Virus record (IMG/VR): IMGVR_UViG_3300042879_005260 | Location: 93,514-122,591 of that record | Reading direction: 5' to 3' (one strand) | Origin: a virus | Lineage: Duplodnaviria; Heunggongvirae; Uroviricota; Caudoviricetes | DNA: 29,078 nt | Shown here: one piece after another, positions 16,084 to 24,728 of the stretch | Layout of the letters: every line of letters starts with the position of its first letter | Position numbering within the stretch: position 1 is the first letter of the stretch | Translations under genes and position numbers: made by a program | The notes under the pieces: model-generated | What the model was told of the DNA's origin: nothing | The model's database searches: none | Seen by the model: the letters and a program-made list of their open reading frames with translations, nothing else

Positions 16084-16467
16084 ATGTCTGGAATTTTAAA
16101 AAATAAATTTGTTGTGGGTGTGGATTTTGACGGCACTTGTGTCACACACGAATACCCAAAAGTTGGTAGAGATATTGGGGCAGTTCCTATTTTAAAAGAA
16201 TTAGTTAACAGTGGGCATAAATTAACTGAAAAAGGCGTTGATACACTACAAGATGCAATTGATTGGTTTCAAAAAAACGAAATACCATTATGGGGAATTA
16301 ATGAAAATCCAGAACAAAAAAGTTGGACCGATGGCAATAAACAATACGCGAATCTCTATATTGATGACGCCGCTTTGGGTTGTCCCTTAATTTATAATGA
16401 AATTGAAAGGCCTTTTGTTGATTGGATAGAAATACAAAAATTTTTAAAAGAATCTAATATTATTTAA
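16084..16467 (+). CDS. HAD-superfamily hydrolase-like protein
   Basis: VGVDFDGTCV (DxD motif I) and LYIDDAALGCP. Confidence 0.75.
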   Translation: MSGILKNKFVVGVDFDGTCVTHEYPKVGRDIGAVPILKELVNSGHKLTEKGVDTLQDAIDWFQKNEIPLWGINENPEQKSWTDGNKQYANLYIDDAALGCPLIYNEIERPFVDWIEIQKFLKESNII

Positions 16468-16486
16468 TAGTAAGAATCGAATATTT

Positions 16487-17197
16487 ATGGTTATGAATTT
16501 ATCTGAAAAAATAACCATAGTTATACCGTGTAAAAATGAAGGTTTTACAATAAAAAAAAGTTTAGATTTATTAAATTTACAGAATAATATAGAAAATGTT
16601 TTAGTTGTAGTAAGTGATTTTTCTGATGATTTTACTAAAAATTTATTATCAGAAAGAAAATCAGATAAATTTAACTTAAAATTAACATTGGGTGGATTAC
16701 CTTCTATTGCTAGAAATAAAGGCGCGAAATATTGTAAAACACCTTATATTTTGTTTTTGGATGCTGATATGTTTATTTTAGATGAAAATTTTTTATCTGA
16801 AGTTATATCAGAAATGGAGAATAAAGATTTTGATCTTTTAACTTGTAAGTTTAATACAAAAAATGGTAAATATAATAATTTGTATAACTCTTTTTTTGTT
16901 TTTCAAAAATTAACAAAAAGGTTTTCACCTTTTGCTTTAGGTGGATTTATGTTATTCAAAACAACTAAATTTAAAGAGCTAGGCGGTTTTGATGAAAATA
17001 TAAAAGTCGCCGAAGATTATCAACTATCCAGAAAAATAAAACCAAAAAAATTTGGTTTGTATAAAAAAAATATATTTACCGAAACTAGAAGATTCGATAA
17101 AAAAGGTTTGTTTTACATGTTAAAATTATTTATTAATTCTTTTTTACATAGAAATAATAAAAAATATTTCGTTGATGATCATTGTTATTGGATATGA
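16487..17197 (+). CDS. Glycosyltransferase family 2
   Basis: IVIPCKNE, ARNKGA, FLDAD (DxD), GGFDE and EDY. Confidence 0.85.
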   Translation: MVMNLSEKITIVIPCKNEGFTIKKSLDLLNLQNNIENVLVVVSDFSDDFTKNLLSERKSDKFNLKLTLGGLPSIARNKGAKYCKTPYILFLDADMFILDENFLSEVISEMENKDFDLLTCKFNTKNGKYNNLYNSFFVFQKLTKRFSPFALGGFMLFKTTKFKELGGFDENIKVAEDYQLSRKIKPKKFGLYKKNIFTETRRFDKKGLFYMLKLFINSFLHRNNKKYFVDDHCYWI

Positions 17198-17907
17198 AAT
17201 GGAAAACTATTATAATGAGCGACCTTCATTTAGGCGCAAGACAATCACAAACCGATAAAATTTTAAAGTTTTTAAAAGAAAATACTGCGGAAACTTTAAT
17301 TTTAAATGGTGATATAATAGATGGTTGGGCCTTAAAAAAAGGCGGTTCTTGGAAATCTGAATCTACTAAGATAGTTAGGAAGTTTATGAAACTTTCTGAA
17401 AAAAAAACTAAAGTTATTTGGATAAGGGGTAACCATGATGATTTTTTAAAACCTTTTGTGCCTTTTAAATTAAACAATATTGAGATTGTTAGGAAATATG
17501 TTTATACTGGTTTAGACGGTAGAACCTATAATTGTTTTCATGGTGACGTTTTAGATTTTGTAATCATGGAAGTTAGATGGCTAGCAATTATTGGTGGGTA
17601 TTCCTATGATTTTGTTATTCGTTTAAATACTTTTTATAATAAAATAAGAAAATTATTTAATTTACCATATCATTCTTTGGCTAACACAATAAAACAAAGT
17701 GTTAAAGGTGTTATAAATTTTGTTTCCGATTTTGAGGAAAATGCAAAAGCTTTAACAAAACAAAAAGGTTATGATGTCGCAGTTTGTGGGCATATACATC
17801 AACCGAAATTAGAAAATGATTACATGAATTCTGGTGATTTTTGTGAAAATTCAACTTGTCTGGTAGAAGATTACAATGGTAATTGGCAAATAATAAATGT
17901 TATATGA
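17194..17907 (+). CDS. Calcineurin-like metallophosphoesterase, PlcP/LpxH-like
   Basis: SDLHLG, NGDIIDGW, RGNHDD, HGD and CGHIH. The ATG at 17194 overlaps the GT2 stop. Confidence 0.85.
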   Translation: MKWKTIIMSDLHLGARQSQTDKILKFLKENTAETLILNGDIIDGWALKKGGSWKSESTKIVRKFMKLSEKKTKVIWIRGNHDDFLKPFVPFKLNNIEIVRKYVYTGLDGRTYNCFHGDVLDFVIMEVRWLAIIGGYSYDFVIRLNTFYNKIRKLFNLPYHSLANTIKQSVKGVINFVSDFEENAKALTKQKGYDVAVCGHIHQPKLENDYMNSGDFCENSTCLVEDYNGNWQIINVI

Positions 17908-17951
17908 AAGGCAAAAAATTTAAATCCGCATTAAATACAAAATTAAATATT

Positions 17952-18227
17952 ATGGGTGCAATCACAACGCCCGCGGAATTAATCCGAGAAACTTTAATTA
18001 ATTTTTTTTGGGGGTTTACCGGCAATTCGATAGTTCTTTTTATCTCCAAAGAAATGGATATTGCAATTTTAATAAATTTTATTGTTTATTATTTACTTAT
18101 TTCTTATATCGTAAATCGAGCGAAATATGAAACACGCTTAGGTAAATTTATTATCCTTCCAGGTTCAGCGGCCATTGGTGCTTTTACCGGGTATAAAGTC
18201 GCTCAATGGATTTCATATTTCATATAA
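17952..18227 (+). CDS. Small membrane protein
   Basis: Three hydrophobic segments; the start is uncertain (17904 or 17952). Confidence 0.6.
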   Translation: MGAITTPAELIRETLINFFWGFTGNSIVLFISKEMDIAILINFIVYYLLISYIVNRAKYETRLGKFIILPGSAAIGAFTGYKVAQWISYFI

Positions 18228-18286
18228 TAAATAAAAGCTTTTTTATTTCGTAAAAAAAGATTATCTTTGTTTTAAGCAAAAATAAG

Positions 18287-18991
18287 ATGAAAAAGTATAA
18301 AATCACTTTAATTAGTGATACACATAACAAACACAAACAAATAACTCAAGACTTACCTGGAGGAGATATTCTTATTCACTCTGGAGATTTTTCCAGTATG
18401 GGTTATGAGCATGAGATACGGGAGTTTTGTAAGTGGTTTAATGGTCTTCATAATTACACCCACAAAATCTTTATTGCTGGTAATCATGATTGGGGGTTTC
18501 AAGATAATCCAACTAAAGTGAAAGAGATATTAGAATTATACCCTAACATAACATACTTACAGGATGATTTTATTTATATTGGTGAAGATAGTCAGGATAT
18601 CATTAAAATTTATGGTAGTCCTTGGCAACCAAGATTTCACAATTGGGCTTTCAACGCTGACCCAGGAGAAGATATTCAACAACATTGGAATAAGATACCA
18701 AATGATACTGATATTCTTATCACGCACGGTCCTGCCTTTGGTTATTTAGACACTGTAGTTGGCAGAGGTTATGATAATCTAGGTTGCAAAGATCTTAACG
18801 ATAAGATTGCCGAAATTAAACCTAAAATTCATGTTTGCGGTCATATCCACTCTGGTCATGGCCACAAAATAAGTGCTGATGGCAGTGTACATTTTTTCAA
18901 TGCGTCAGTTCTTAGTGAAGAATATACATATAAGTATAAGCCTATTACTTTTGAGTGGAGTAAAGAAAACAACGAAATCGTTTTTATGTAA
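18287..18991 (+). CDS. Calcineurin-like metallophosphoesterase (second family)
   Basis: ISDTH, HSGD, IAGNHD, LITHGP and CGHIH. Confidence 0.85.
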   Translation: MKKYKITLISDTHNKHKQITQDLPGGDILIHSGDFSSMGYEHEIREFCKWFNGLHNYTHKIFIAGNHDWGFQDNPTKVKEILELYPNITYLQDDFIYIGEDSQDIIKIYGSPWQPRFHNWAFNADPGEDIQQHWNKIPNDTDILITHGPAFGYLDTVVGRGYDNLGCKDLNDKIAEIKPKIHVCGHIHSGHGHKISADGSVHFFNASVLSEEYTYKYKPITFEWSKENNEIVFM

Positions 18992-18997
18992 TAAAAT

Positions 18998-19028
18998 ACC
19001 ATCATTAAAAAAAATGATGGTTTTTTTT
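18998..19028 (+). terminator. Rho-independent terminator
   Basis: ACCATCATT-loop-AATGATGGT followed by a T-run, just after the stop at 18991. Confidence 0.7.
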
Positions 19029-19108
19029 GGATTTAAAAATTAATTGCATTTTTAAAAAAATAAAGATATTTATTAATTAAAAAGAATAAAATTTTTATTT
19101 TTAATAAA

Positions 19109-19402
19109 ATGGAAATAAATAAAATAAAAAGTTTAAAAATGCATAATTTTAATTTTGACCCTATGAATATTGATTTAATAACAAGACCAGGTGAAGCTTT
19201 TCTTAAATGTATGGGATTTCTTACATTAGGAACGGTAATGGAAGTTAATATTAACGACATACATCTACCACCAATTTTTATTGAGGTTGCGAGGTTCTTA
19301 GCTTATATGGGTGCGAGTGTCGCATTTTTTAAATTTATAATTAACCTTTTTAGGGGTAAAAAAGAAATTAAAGAAGATAAAAACCCAGAAGAAAAAGAAT
19401 GA
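19109..19402 (+). CDS. Small membrane protein (2 hydrophobic segments, charged C-terminus)
   Basis: 97-aa ORF with ATATTTATT upstream. The topology is holin-like but there is no other support for that call. Confidence 0.6.
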   Translation: MEINKIKSLKMHNFNFDPMNIDLITRPGEAFLKCMGFLTLGTVMEVNINDIHLPPIFIEVARFLAYMGASVAFFKFIINLFRGKKEIKEDKNPEEKE

Positions 19403-19626
19403 ATATTTTCTTATTTTTAATAATAATAATTTTAATAATTATTATTGTTATTGATTGGTTTATGTTAAGAAAATGGGAAAAACAGATTGTTAAAAATCTT
19501 AATGATATTTTTGACGGTATAAAAGCTTTTTTTATTGTTTATGTTATTGATAGAGTGTTCGGAGCTTTGGAAACAAAAGAAGAAGAGGGCACTAATGATG
19601 ATGAAAATTCTGAGGAGATAGTTTAA
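19399..19626 (+). CDS. Small membrane protein
   Basis: Hydrophobic N-terminus; ATGA overlap with the previous gene. Confidence 0.6.
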   Translation: MNIFLFLIIIILIIIIVIDWFMLRKWEKQIVKNLNDIFDGIKAFFIVYVIDRVFGALETKEEEGTNDDENSEEIV

Positions 19627-19773
19627 TTTTTTTTGTAATATAAAAAAGCGTTACAATTTGATAAGTTAGAATTATTCAATCACATATTGGGCATTTTCTA
19701 ATAAATGTTGTAATATTCATTTTTTTTACTTATATTTGTATTCGGTATCAAGAATACCTCTTATAATAAAGAT

Positions 19774-20214
19774 ATGGGAACAATTAAAAACACTGCACTC
19801 CCCAATAAGGTTTTATACCTTGTAAGGGGAGTGCCTTAACTAGGGTGTGGTAAGTCAAAATTCGCAAAATCTTTAAATTGTATACATTTTGAAGCTGACA
19901 TGTATTTTACCGATACAGAAGGTGATTATAATTTTGTACCCGAAAAAATAAAAGATGCACATGCTTGGTGTCAAAATGAAGTTGATAACGCAATGATTTT
20001 AAATCATACCACCGGTATCAACAATACCATAGTTGTCTCTAACACCTTTACTCAAGAGTGGGAAATGGAGCCTTATTTTAAGCTGGCAGAAAAGTGGGGT
20101 TATACGGTGTTTTCAATTATTGTTGAAAACCGACATGGTGGTGTTAATCAACACGGTGTTCCTGCGGAAAAATTAAAAATAATGGAAAACAGATTTCAAA
20201 TTAAATTAATATAA
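19774..20214 (+). pseudogene. P-loop kinase (AAA_33/PNK-kinase-like) interrupted by an in-frame TAA CTA inside Walker A
   Basis: MGTIK...LYLVRGVP*L-GCGKSKFAKSL...HFEADMYF is in frame with ORF 19900..20214 (VVSNTF, HGVP). Confidence 0.7.
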
Positions 20215-20228
20215 TATAATATATTTTT

Positions 20229-20390
20229 ATGAACCAAACAACAAAAATTGTTTTTGAAGAGGCAACAAAAACTTTAACAAAATCAAATGGTGATGAGTGG
20301 ATTACAATAACCGCAGTAATTGCGGTTGTAGCTTTAGCTTTTTGGTTAAGTTTTAAAAAAGAAAAAATCAAAGAAGTAAGTGTTAGATGA
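20229..20390 (+). CDS. Small single-TM protein (53 aa)
   Basis: Translated by hand; TM segment WITITAVIAVVALAFWL; ATGA overlap with the next gene. Confidence 0.6.
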   Translation: MNQTTKIVFEEATKTLTKSNGDEWITITAVIAVVALAFWLSFKKEKIKEVSVR

Positions 20391-20602
20391 TTCAGTGGGA
20401 AGAATTAAAAGATTTTCACGTTTTCGGATATTTTGAGGATCACACTTTTTGTATTAGAATTAATCGTGAAAAAGAAGTTACTGCTCTTTATTATTTAGGT
20501 GAAGAAAAATATAAATGGGTTCCCAGTGATGAAACCGAAAAAAAATTAGATATGATGCAATTAGTTGCAGAATTTATTTTAATGGAAAAAATTAAAAAAT
20601 AA
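20387..20602 (+). CDS. Hypothetical protein
   Basis: 71-aa ORF. Confidence 0.65.
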   Translation: MIQWEELKDFHVFGYFEDHTFCIRINREKEVTALYYLGEEKYKWVPSDETEKKLDMMQLVAEFILMEKIKK

Positions 20603-20665
20603 AAACATTTTTTTTTTGCAATGTAACAAATTTAACCTATATTTGTTACAACAAAATAAGACACA

Positions 20666-21187
20666 ATGGAACTAATTGAAATTTTAAGAACTGAAACACA
20701 GTCTTTAAAAGAACAATACCTTGAGATGACCCAAAAATGGGCAGAAAACCATTTTAACCTGGTTGTTAACCGAAGCAAATGGAACGAAGAAACCTGGTGT
20801 CAATTTTTTGGTTTAACGCCTGAACTTAAAAACCCTGGTACCAGTAGGGAATTTTATTCTTTTCCTCGTGGTTTTTATAACACCAAAAATGCCAGAAATT
20901 ACGATAGAATGAAAACTGAAATTAGAAAAGTCTTGGCTGACGGTTTGGAAAAAACAATTCAAAAAGAATTAAAAAAGGCAGAACTTCATTATGAATTTTC
21001 ACTTCTAAAATTAGAAGCAAGAATCAAACTTAAAAATTTAAACATTGAAAATTTAAAAATCGTTACCGGTCATGTAGGTGTTAATATTGATATGACTTTA
21101 AGCGACGGTCAAAAAACGGTAAAAGCTTTTACCATCATCGCGGAAGGAGTTATTCAAAGACCACATTACCGATATCTTGTAAAGTAA
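20666..21187 (+). CDS. Hypothetical phage protein
   Basis: 173-aa ORF behind a TTTG-N19-TATATTTG promoter. Confidence 0.8.
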   Translation: MELIEILRTETQSLKEQYLEMTQKWAENHFNLVVNRSKWNEETWCQFFGLTPELKNPGTSREFYSFPRGFYNTKNARNYDRMKTEIRKVLADGLEKTIQKELKKAELHYEFSLLKLEARIKLKNLNIENLKIVTGHVGVNIDMTLSDGQKTVKAFTIIAEGVIQRPHYRYLVK

Positions 21188-21188
21188 A

Positions 21189-21998
21189 TTATGTTGGTAA
21201 AAAATCAAAATTGTCAGCATCTTCAAAAAGAGGAAAATTTTTTCGATATTCTGTTAAACTTTCTAAATCCAAAGTGTAATTTAAAATAGAATTTTTATTA
21301 TCTTCCGCTTTTAATAACCAAGTTGCGTCAGGAAAAATAATACCACTATCACCAAGATAAGAAAGCCCAGCACCATCGGAACCAACACGATTAACCGCAA
21401 CAACATAACTTAAATTTTCAATTGATCTTGCCGTTAAAAGTGTTTTCCAGGCTGCTGCACGTTTTTCTGGCCAATTCGCAGTGCATAATAAAACATCGTA
21501 AACAGGTGTTTTAAGTTTTGAACCTGGTTCCAGATTTCGACTCCAAATCGGAAAACGAAGATCATAACAAATTAAAGGACAAATTCGCCAACCTCTATAT
21601 TTAATAATAATTCTTTCTTGACCTGGAGTGTAATATTCATTTTCTTTTGCGATTCTAAATAAATGTTTTTTATCATATTTTGAATATTGACCTTCAGGGG
21701 TTACAAAATAAAACCGATTAAAAAAATTATTATCTTCATGTACCATGACGGTAGTTGCTATCGCAAAGTTTTTTTTGGTTGCAATATCTTGTAACCAATA
21801 CAAAACTTTTTTTTCTTTGTCAGCATTTTTTGTTAACATACTAAAACCTGTGGTGAACATTTCAGGTAAAACAACAACATCAACATTATTTAGATTGTTT
21901 AGTAACGAACCAAATCTTTTAAGATTTGCATCAACATCCTGCCAAATAATTTCTTGTTGTAACAAGGAAAATGTAAGCGTCTTTTTGTTTTTTTCCAT
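21189..21998 (-). CDS. Nitrilase/carbon-nitrogen hydrolase family, omega-amidase (YafV/Nit2)-like
   Basis: Catalytic E-K-C triad in VLPEMF, YDKKHLF and ICYDLRFP; also NWP and VAVNRVG. Confidence 0.88.
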   Translation of the reverse strand: MEKNKKTLTFSLLQQEIIWQDVDANLKRFGSLLNNLNNVDVVVLPEMFTTGFSMLTKNADKEKKVLYWLQDIATKKNFAIATTVMVHEDNNFFNRFYFVTPEGQYSKYDKKHLFRIAKENEYYTPGQERIIIKYRGWRICPLICYDLRFPIWSRNLEPGSKLKTPVYDVLLCTANWPEKRAAAWKTLLTARSIENLSYVVAVNRVGSDGAGLSYLGDSGIIFPDATWLLKAEDNKNSILNYTLDLESLTEYRKNFPLFEDADNFDFLPT

Positions 21999-22053
21999 AC
22001 TTAATGATAAATAATACTTTTAATTAAAAAAAGAATTTTTTAATAATATTTAT

Positions 22054-22488
22054 ATGATTATGGGTAAAAAAGTAATAAAAAAAATTTTAAATCAATTAAA
22101 AGAAAATCATGACGAATGGTTAGAGTCTTTAGTTAATAACTTAAAAGACCCAGATGAAATACAAATATTAAATTATTACCAAGATTTACATAACAAAAAA
22201 ATCTTGCAAGATGGTGATAACATTCATATCAAAATTGATCAAGATGGTATTAATATAGATAGTGACGCGGTTATTGTTAGATACGTTGATGATGATCAAT
22301 ATTTAATTAAACTACCTGGAATTTTAGATAATAGTTACACTCATACACATTGTGGAATGAAAGCTGACAATAAGATATGTGAGTGTTATGATTATATGGA
22401 AGATATCGGCAAATGTTGGTTTGTAAATTTTTCAAATGCGTATGAACTAGACCTATACCCTAATAGAAAAGGATTTAAATACGTTTAA
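22054..22488 (+). CDS. Hypothetical protein with KKILNQLKE leader
   Basis: 144 aa; ATATTTATA at 22046. Confidence 0.75.
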   Translation: MIMGKKVIKKILNQLKENHDEWLESLVNNLKDPDEIQILNYYQDLHNKKILQDGDNIHIKIDQDGINIDSDAVIVRYVDDDQYLIKLPGILDNSYTHTHCGMKADNKICECYDYMEDIGKCWFVNFSNAYELDLYPNRKGFKYV

Positions 22489-22489
22489 A

Positions 22490-22719
22490 TTTAATCTAAA
22501 TCTTAGTAAAAGTGGTAAATATTATGTTGGTTCTACTTTTGAATTTGATTATTCTAAATTGGAAGAAGTTTCTGAATATTTGATAAATTTAGGTCTCGAA
22601 AGGAAAGATTTTGAAAAAAAAGGAGCGAAAGATATTTCTTTCAACGGTAAATTATCAATGGATGATTTGAAATAATTTTAATTTTTTAAGAAGGGTTGGA
22701 AATTTTTATTGTATATAAC
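22490..22719 (+). pseudogene. 5'-truncated cassette body
   Basis: Start-less reading frame (LSKSGKYYVGSTFEF...SMDDLK*, stop 22673-75), followed by a cassette-type 3' end (AAGGGTTGGAAATTTT...ATATAAC). Confidence 0.5.
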
Positions 22720-22807
22720 GATTGGGTGTATATGTAGTTTTTTATTTGGAAATATCAAAACTTATTCGTACCTTTGTAAAAAAAATTACATATACACCTT
22801 GTTATAA
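22713..22807. repeat. attC-like site S12 with a Bacteroidota-type promoter in its loop
   Basis: GGTGTATATGTAGTTTTTT / AAAAAATTACATATACACC. TTTG at 22745, N20, TACCTTTG at 22769. Confidence 0.85.
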
Positions 22808-22848
22808 GTATGTATTATTTTTGTTTTATTACTTATAAAAAATTAAAT

Positions 22849-23013
22849 ATGGAAAAGAATAAAGAAATTGTTTTAGATGGTGTTGAATACGTTTTAATAC
22901 CCAAAAGACAAAAAGATGATGTTAGGAATACATTACCAAAAAATATTGACCCATTGTATGGTCTTTGGAAGATTTTTGAAGAACCTAAATTAAAAAAATC
23001 AAAACAAAAATAA
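22849..23013 (+). CDS. Cassette gene, small hypothetical
   Basis: Start moved to the ATG at 22849 (MEKNKEIVLDGVEY). Confidence 0.6.
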   Translation: MEKNKEIVLDGVEYVLIPKRQKDDVRNTLPKNIDPLYGLWKIFEEPKLKKSKQK

Positions 23014-23019
23014 TATTAC

Positions 23020-23073
23020 TTATAACGGTTGCAAATATATTATCGTTTTAATGTAATATATTTGTTGTTATAT
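23020..23073. repeat. attC-like site S13 (54-bp family)
   Basis: CAAATATATTA-TCGTTTTAATG-TAATATATTTG. Confidence 0.85.
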
Positions 23074-23107
23074 TTAGTTTTGATTTTGTAATCGTAAAAT
23101 ATTAAAA

Positions 23108-23449
23108 ATGGAAAAAGAAATAAATTTAATTGGAGAAATAGACTTCAAAGATGTAAAAGTTAAAGTGTATAACGACCCATACACAAAAGATGATACCGTT
23201 CAGTGTGTATGGAGAATGAGAAATCCAGATACGTGTTATGAAGGTATTATGTGGATGAATTTGGAAACTGGTAAAATTACATACCCTGAAGATGCGGTTA
23301 TACCAGAACAAACTGAAAGGGATAGGGAAATGTTACCACAATTCATAGTTACTGGTTATGATAAGATTGATGATAAATTTATTTCTTTTGTTAGTTCGTA
23401 TTTGGATAGTGATTATATACGAAGAAACCCTAAACAAAATCAAAATTGA
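23108..23449 (+). CDS. Cassette gene, hypothetical
   Basis: 113 aa. Confidence 0.75.
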   Translation: MEKEINLIGEIDFKDVKVKVYNDPYTKDDTVQCVWRMRNPDTCYEGIMWMNLETGKITYPEDAVIPEQTERDREMLPQFIVTGYDKIDDKFISFVSSYLDSDYIRRNPKQNQN

Positions 23450-23543
23450 ATATAACGGTTGGGTGTATGAGAAGGTTTGCTTGTAAAAACTTCAATTATA
23501 CCACCAATGCTGATAGCAAACTTTCTTATACACCTTGTTACAC
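23450..23543. repeat. attC-like site S14
   Basis: GGTGTATGAGAAGGTTTGCT / AGCAAACTTTCTTATACACC. Confidence 0.85.
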
Positions 23544-23659
23544 ACAGTACGGTTTATTAAGGTAGAATGTTGATACGAAGAACGAAAAAACTTTTTAAAA
23601 ATGTGCGGTGGAAAATTTAATTTCTAAATATTTATATATAAGATAAACAATTTAAAAAT

Positions 23660-23950
23660 ATGGAACAAGATAAAAAAATAAAGAACTTCATTAAAACTAC
23701 AATAAGAGAGTTTTTGAATGAGAATAAAAATAATATAAAAGATTATTACAATTCAACCAATATTATATTGGTTGGTAAAAAAACAAATTTACTATCTGAT
23801 ATGAAAGAAAGATATGAATATGATATAAATGGTGATGAAATTTATTTTTTTGATGATGGTTATCATTTTGGAACGTTATATAAGGAAGGTAGATTTCTTG
23901 AATTGAGACATGATGGTTCAATAAATGAATATGGTTGGAGAAATTTTTAA
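23660..23950 (+). CDS. Cassette gene with IKTTIREFLNE leader
   Basis: 96 aa. Flanks are homologous to the 11369 cassette; the payload is unrelated. Confidence 0.8.
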   Translation: MEQDKKIKNFIKTTIREFLNENKNNIKDYYNSTNIILVGKKTNLLSDMKERYEYDINGDEIYFFDDGYHFGTLYKEGRFLELRHDGSINEYGWRNF

Positions 23951-23997
23951 AAAGTTTTTCTCACTGAACTTAATTTGAAACACAAATGTAGTATTGT

Positions 23998-24090
23998 GTA
24001 TAACGATTGGCAATATGAAACGGTTGCCTTGTAGTTCGTTTCAAAATATAACTCAGTTTTCTGGCAACTGTTTTATATTGCTTGTTATAG
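23998..24090. repeat. attC-like site S15
   Basis: GCAATATGAAACGGTTGCC / GGCAACTGTTTTATATTGC. Confidence 0.85.
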
Positions 24091-24108
24091 CCAGTTAATT
24101 TTAACGAA

Positions 24109-24339
24109 ATGTACAAAATAGCAAAAGAAATTCACACTTACCAACAAGGTAGGATAAAATTTAGAATACACGAAAGATTTTTATGGAGATGGATACCAAG
24201 TAAAAGTTTTTCTGAATATGAAACCTATGAATTGGCAGAAAAAGCAATTATAGAAAAACTGAACGGTAAACACGGTGGTATTGTTGAATTGAAAAATGAT
24301 GTTTATAAATTTTATCCGTATTCATTACCGATGCCTTAA
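24109..24339 (+). CDS. Cassette gene, hypothetical
   Basis: 76 aa. Body termini GTTATAGCCAGTTAA / TTAATTGGCTATAAC. Confidence 0.75.
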   Translation: MYKIAKEIHTYQQGRIKFRIHERFLWRWIPSKSFSEYETYELAEKAIIEKLNGKHGGIVELKNDVYKFYPYSLPMP

Positions 24340-24343
24340 TTGG

Positions 24344-24441
24344 CTATAACGTGAGGCAGCTAACAGAAGTGGCTGCTTGTAAGAACTTCTGATTTAAAAA
24401 TAAATGCTTGTAGCAGCCATTTTTGTTAGGTGCTGTTATAA
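24344..24441. repeat. attC-like site S16
   Basis: GCAGCTAACAGAAGTGGCTGCT / AGCAGCCATTTTGTTAGGTGC, with an extra G on the + strand. Confidence 0.85.
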
Positions 24442-24463
24442 GCTGTTAAAATAAAAATTAGCG

Positions 24464-24724
24464 ATGGCTTTGATTATAATAGGAACTGACAAAAGATGCA
24501 CTTGTAGTTGTGCAAGTAAATGTGTTGGTAAAGAATATAATAGCGGAATGGGAGCAAGATGCACAAAAGAAGAACTTGAAAATGCAGGACATCATACAGT
24601 TGAATTAAATAGTGAAAAAGACGATAAAATAATTCAAGATTTTTTGTGCATAGATGGCGATGAAAAAAAGATTAGACTTGACCTTGTTAGAAATGGTAAG
24701 GTGCGGAGGAAATTTTTATTTTAA
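24464..24724 (+). CDS. Cassette gene, Cys-containing hypothetical
   Basis: 86 aa, CTCSCASKC. Confidence 0.7.
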   Translation: MALIIIGTDKRCTCSCASKCVGKEYNSGMGARCTKEELENAGHHTVELNSEKDDKIIQDFLCIDGDEKKIRLDLVRNGKVRRKFLF

Positions 24725-24728
24725 TTGC

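Noticed and set aside
19109-19626. Holin/antiholin pair
   Set aside because: Only the topology fits; there are no family motifs and no adjacent endolysin.
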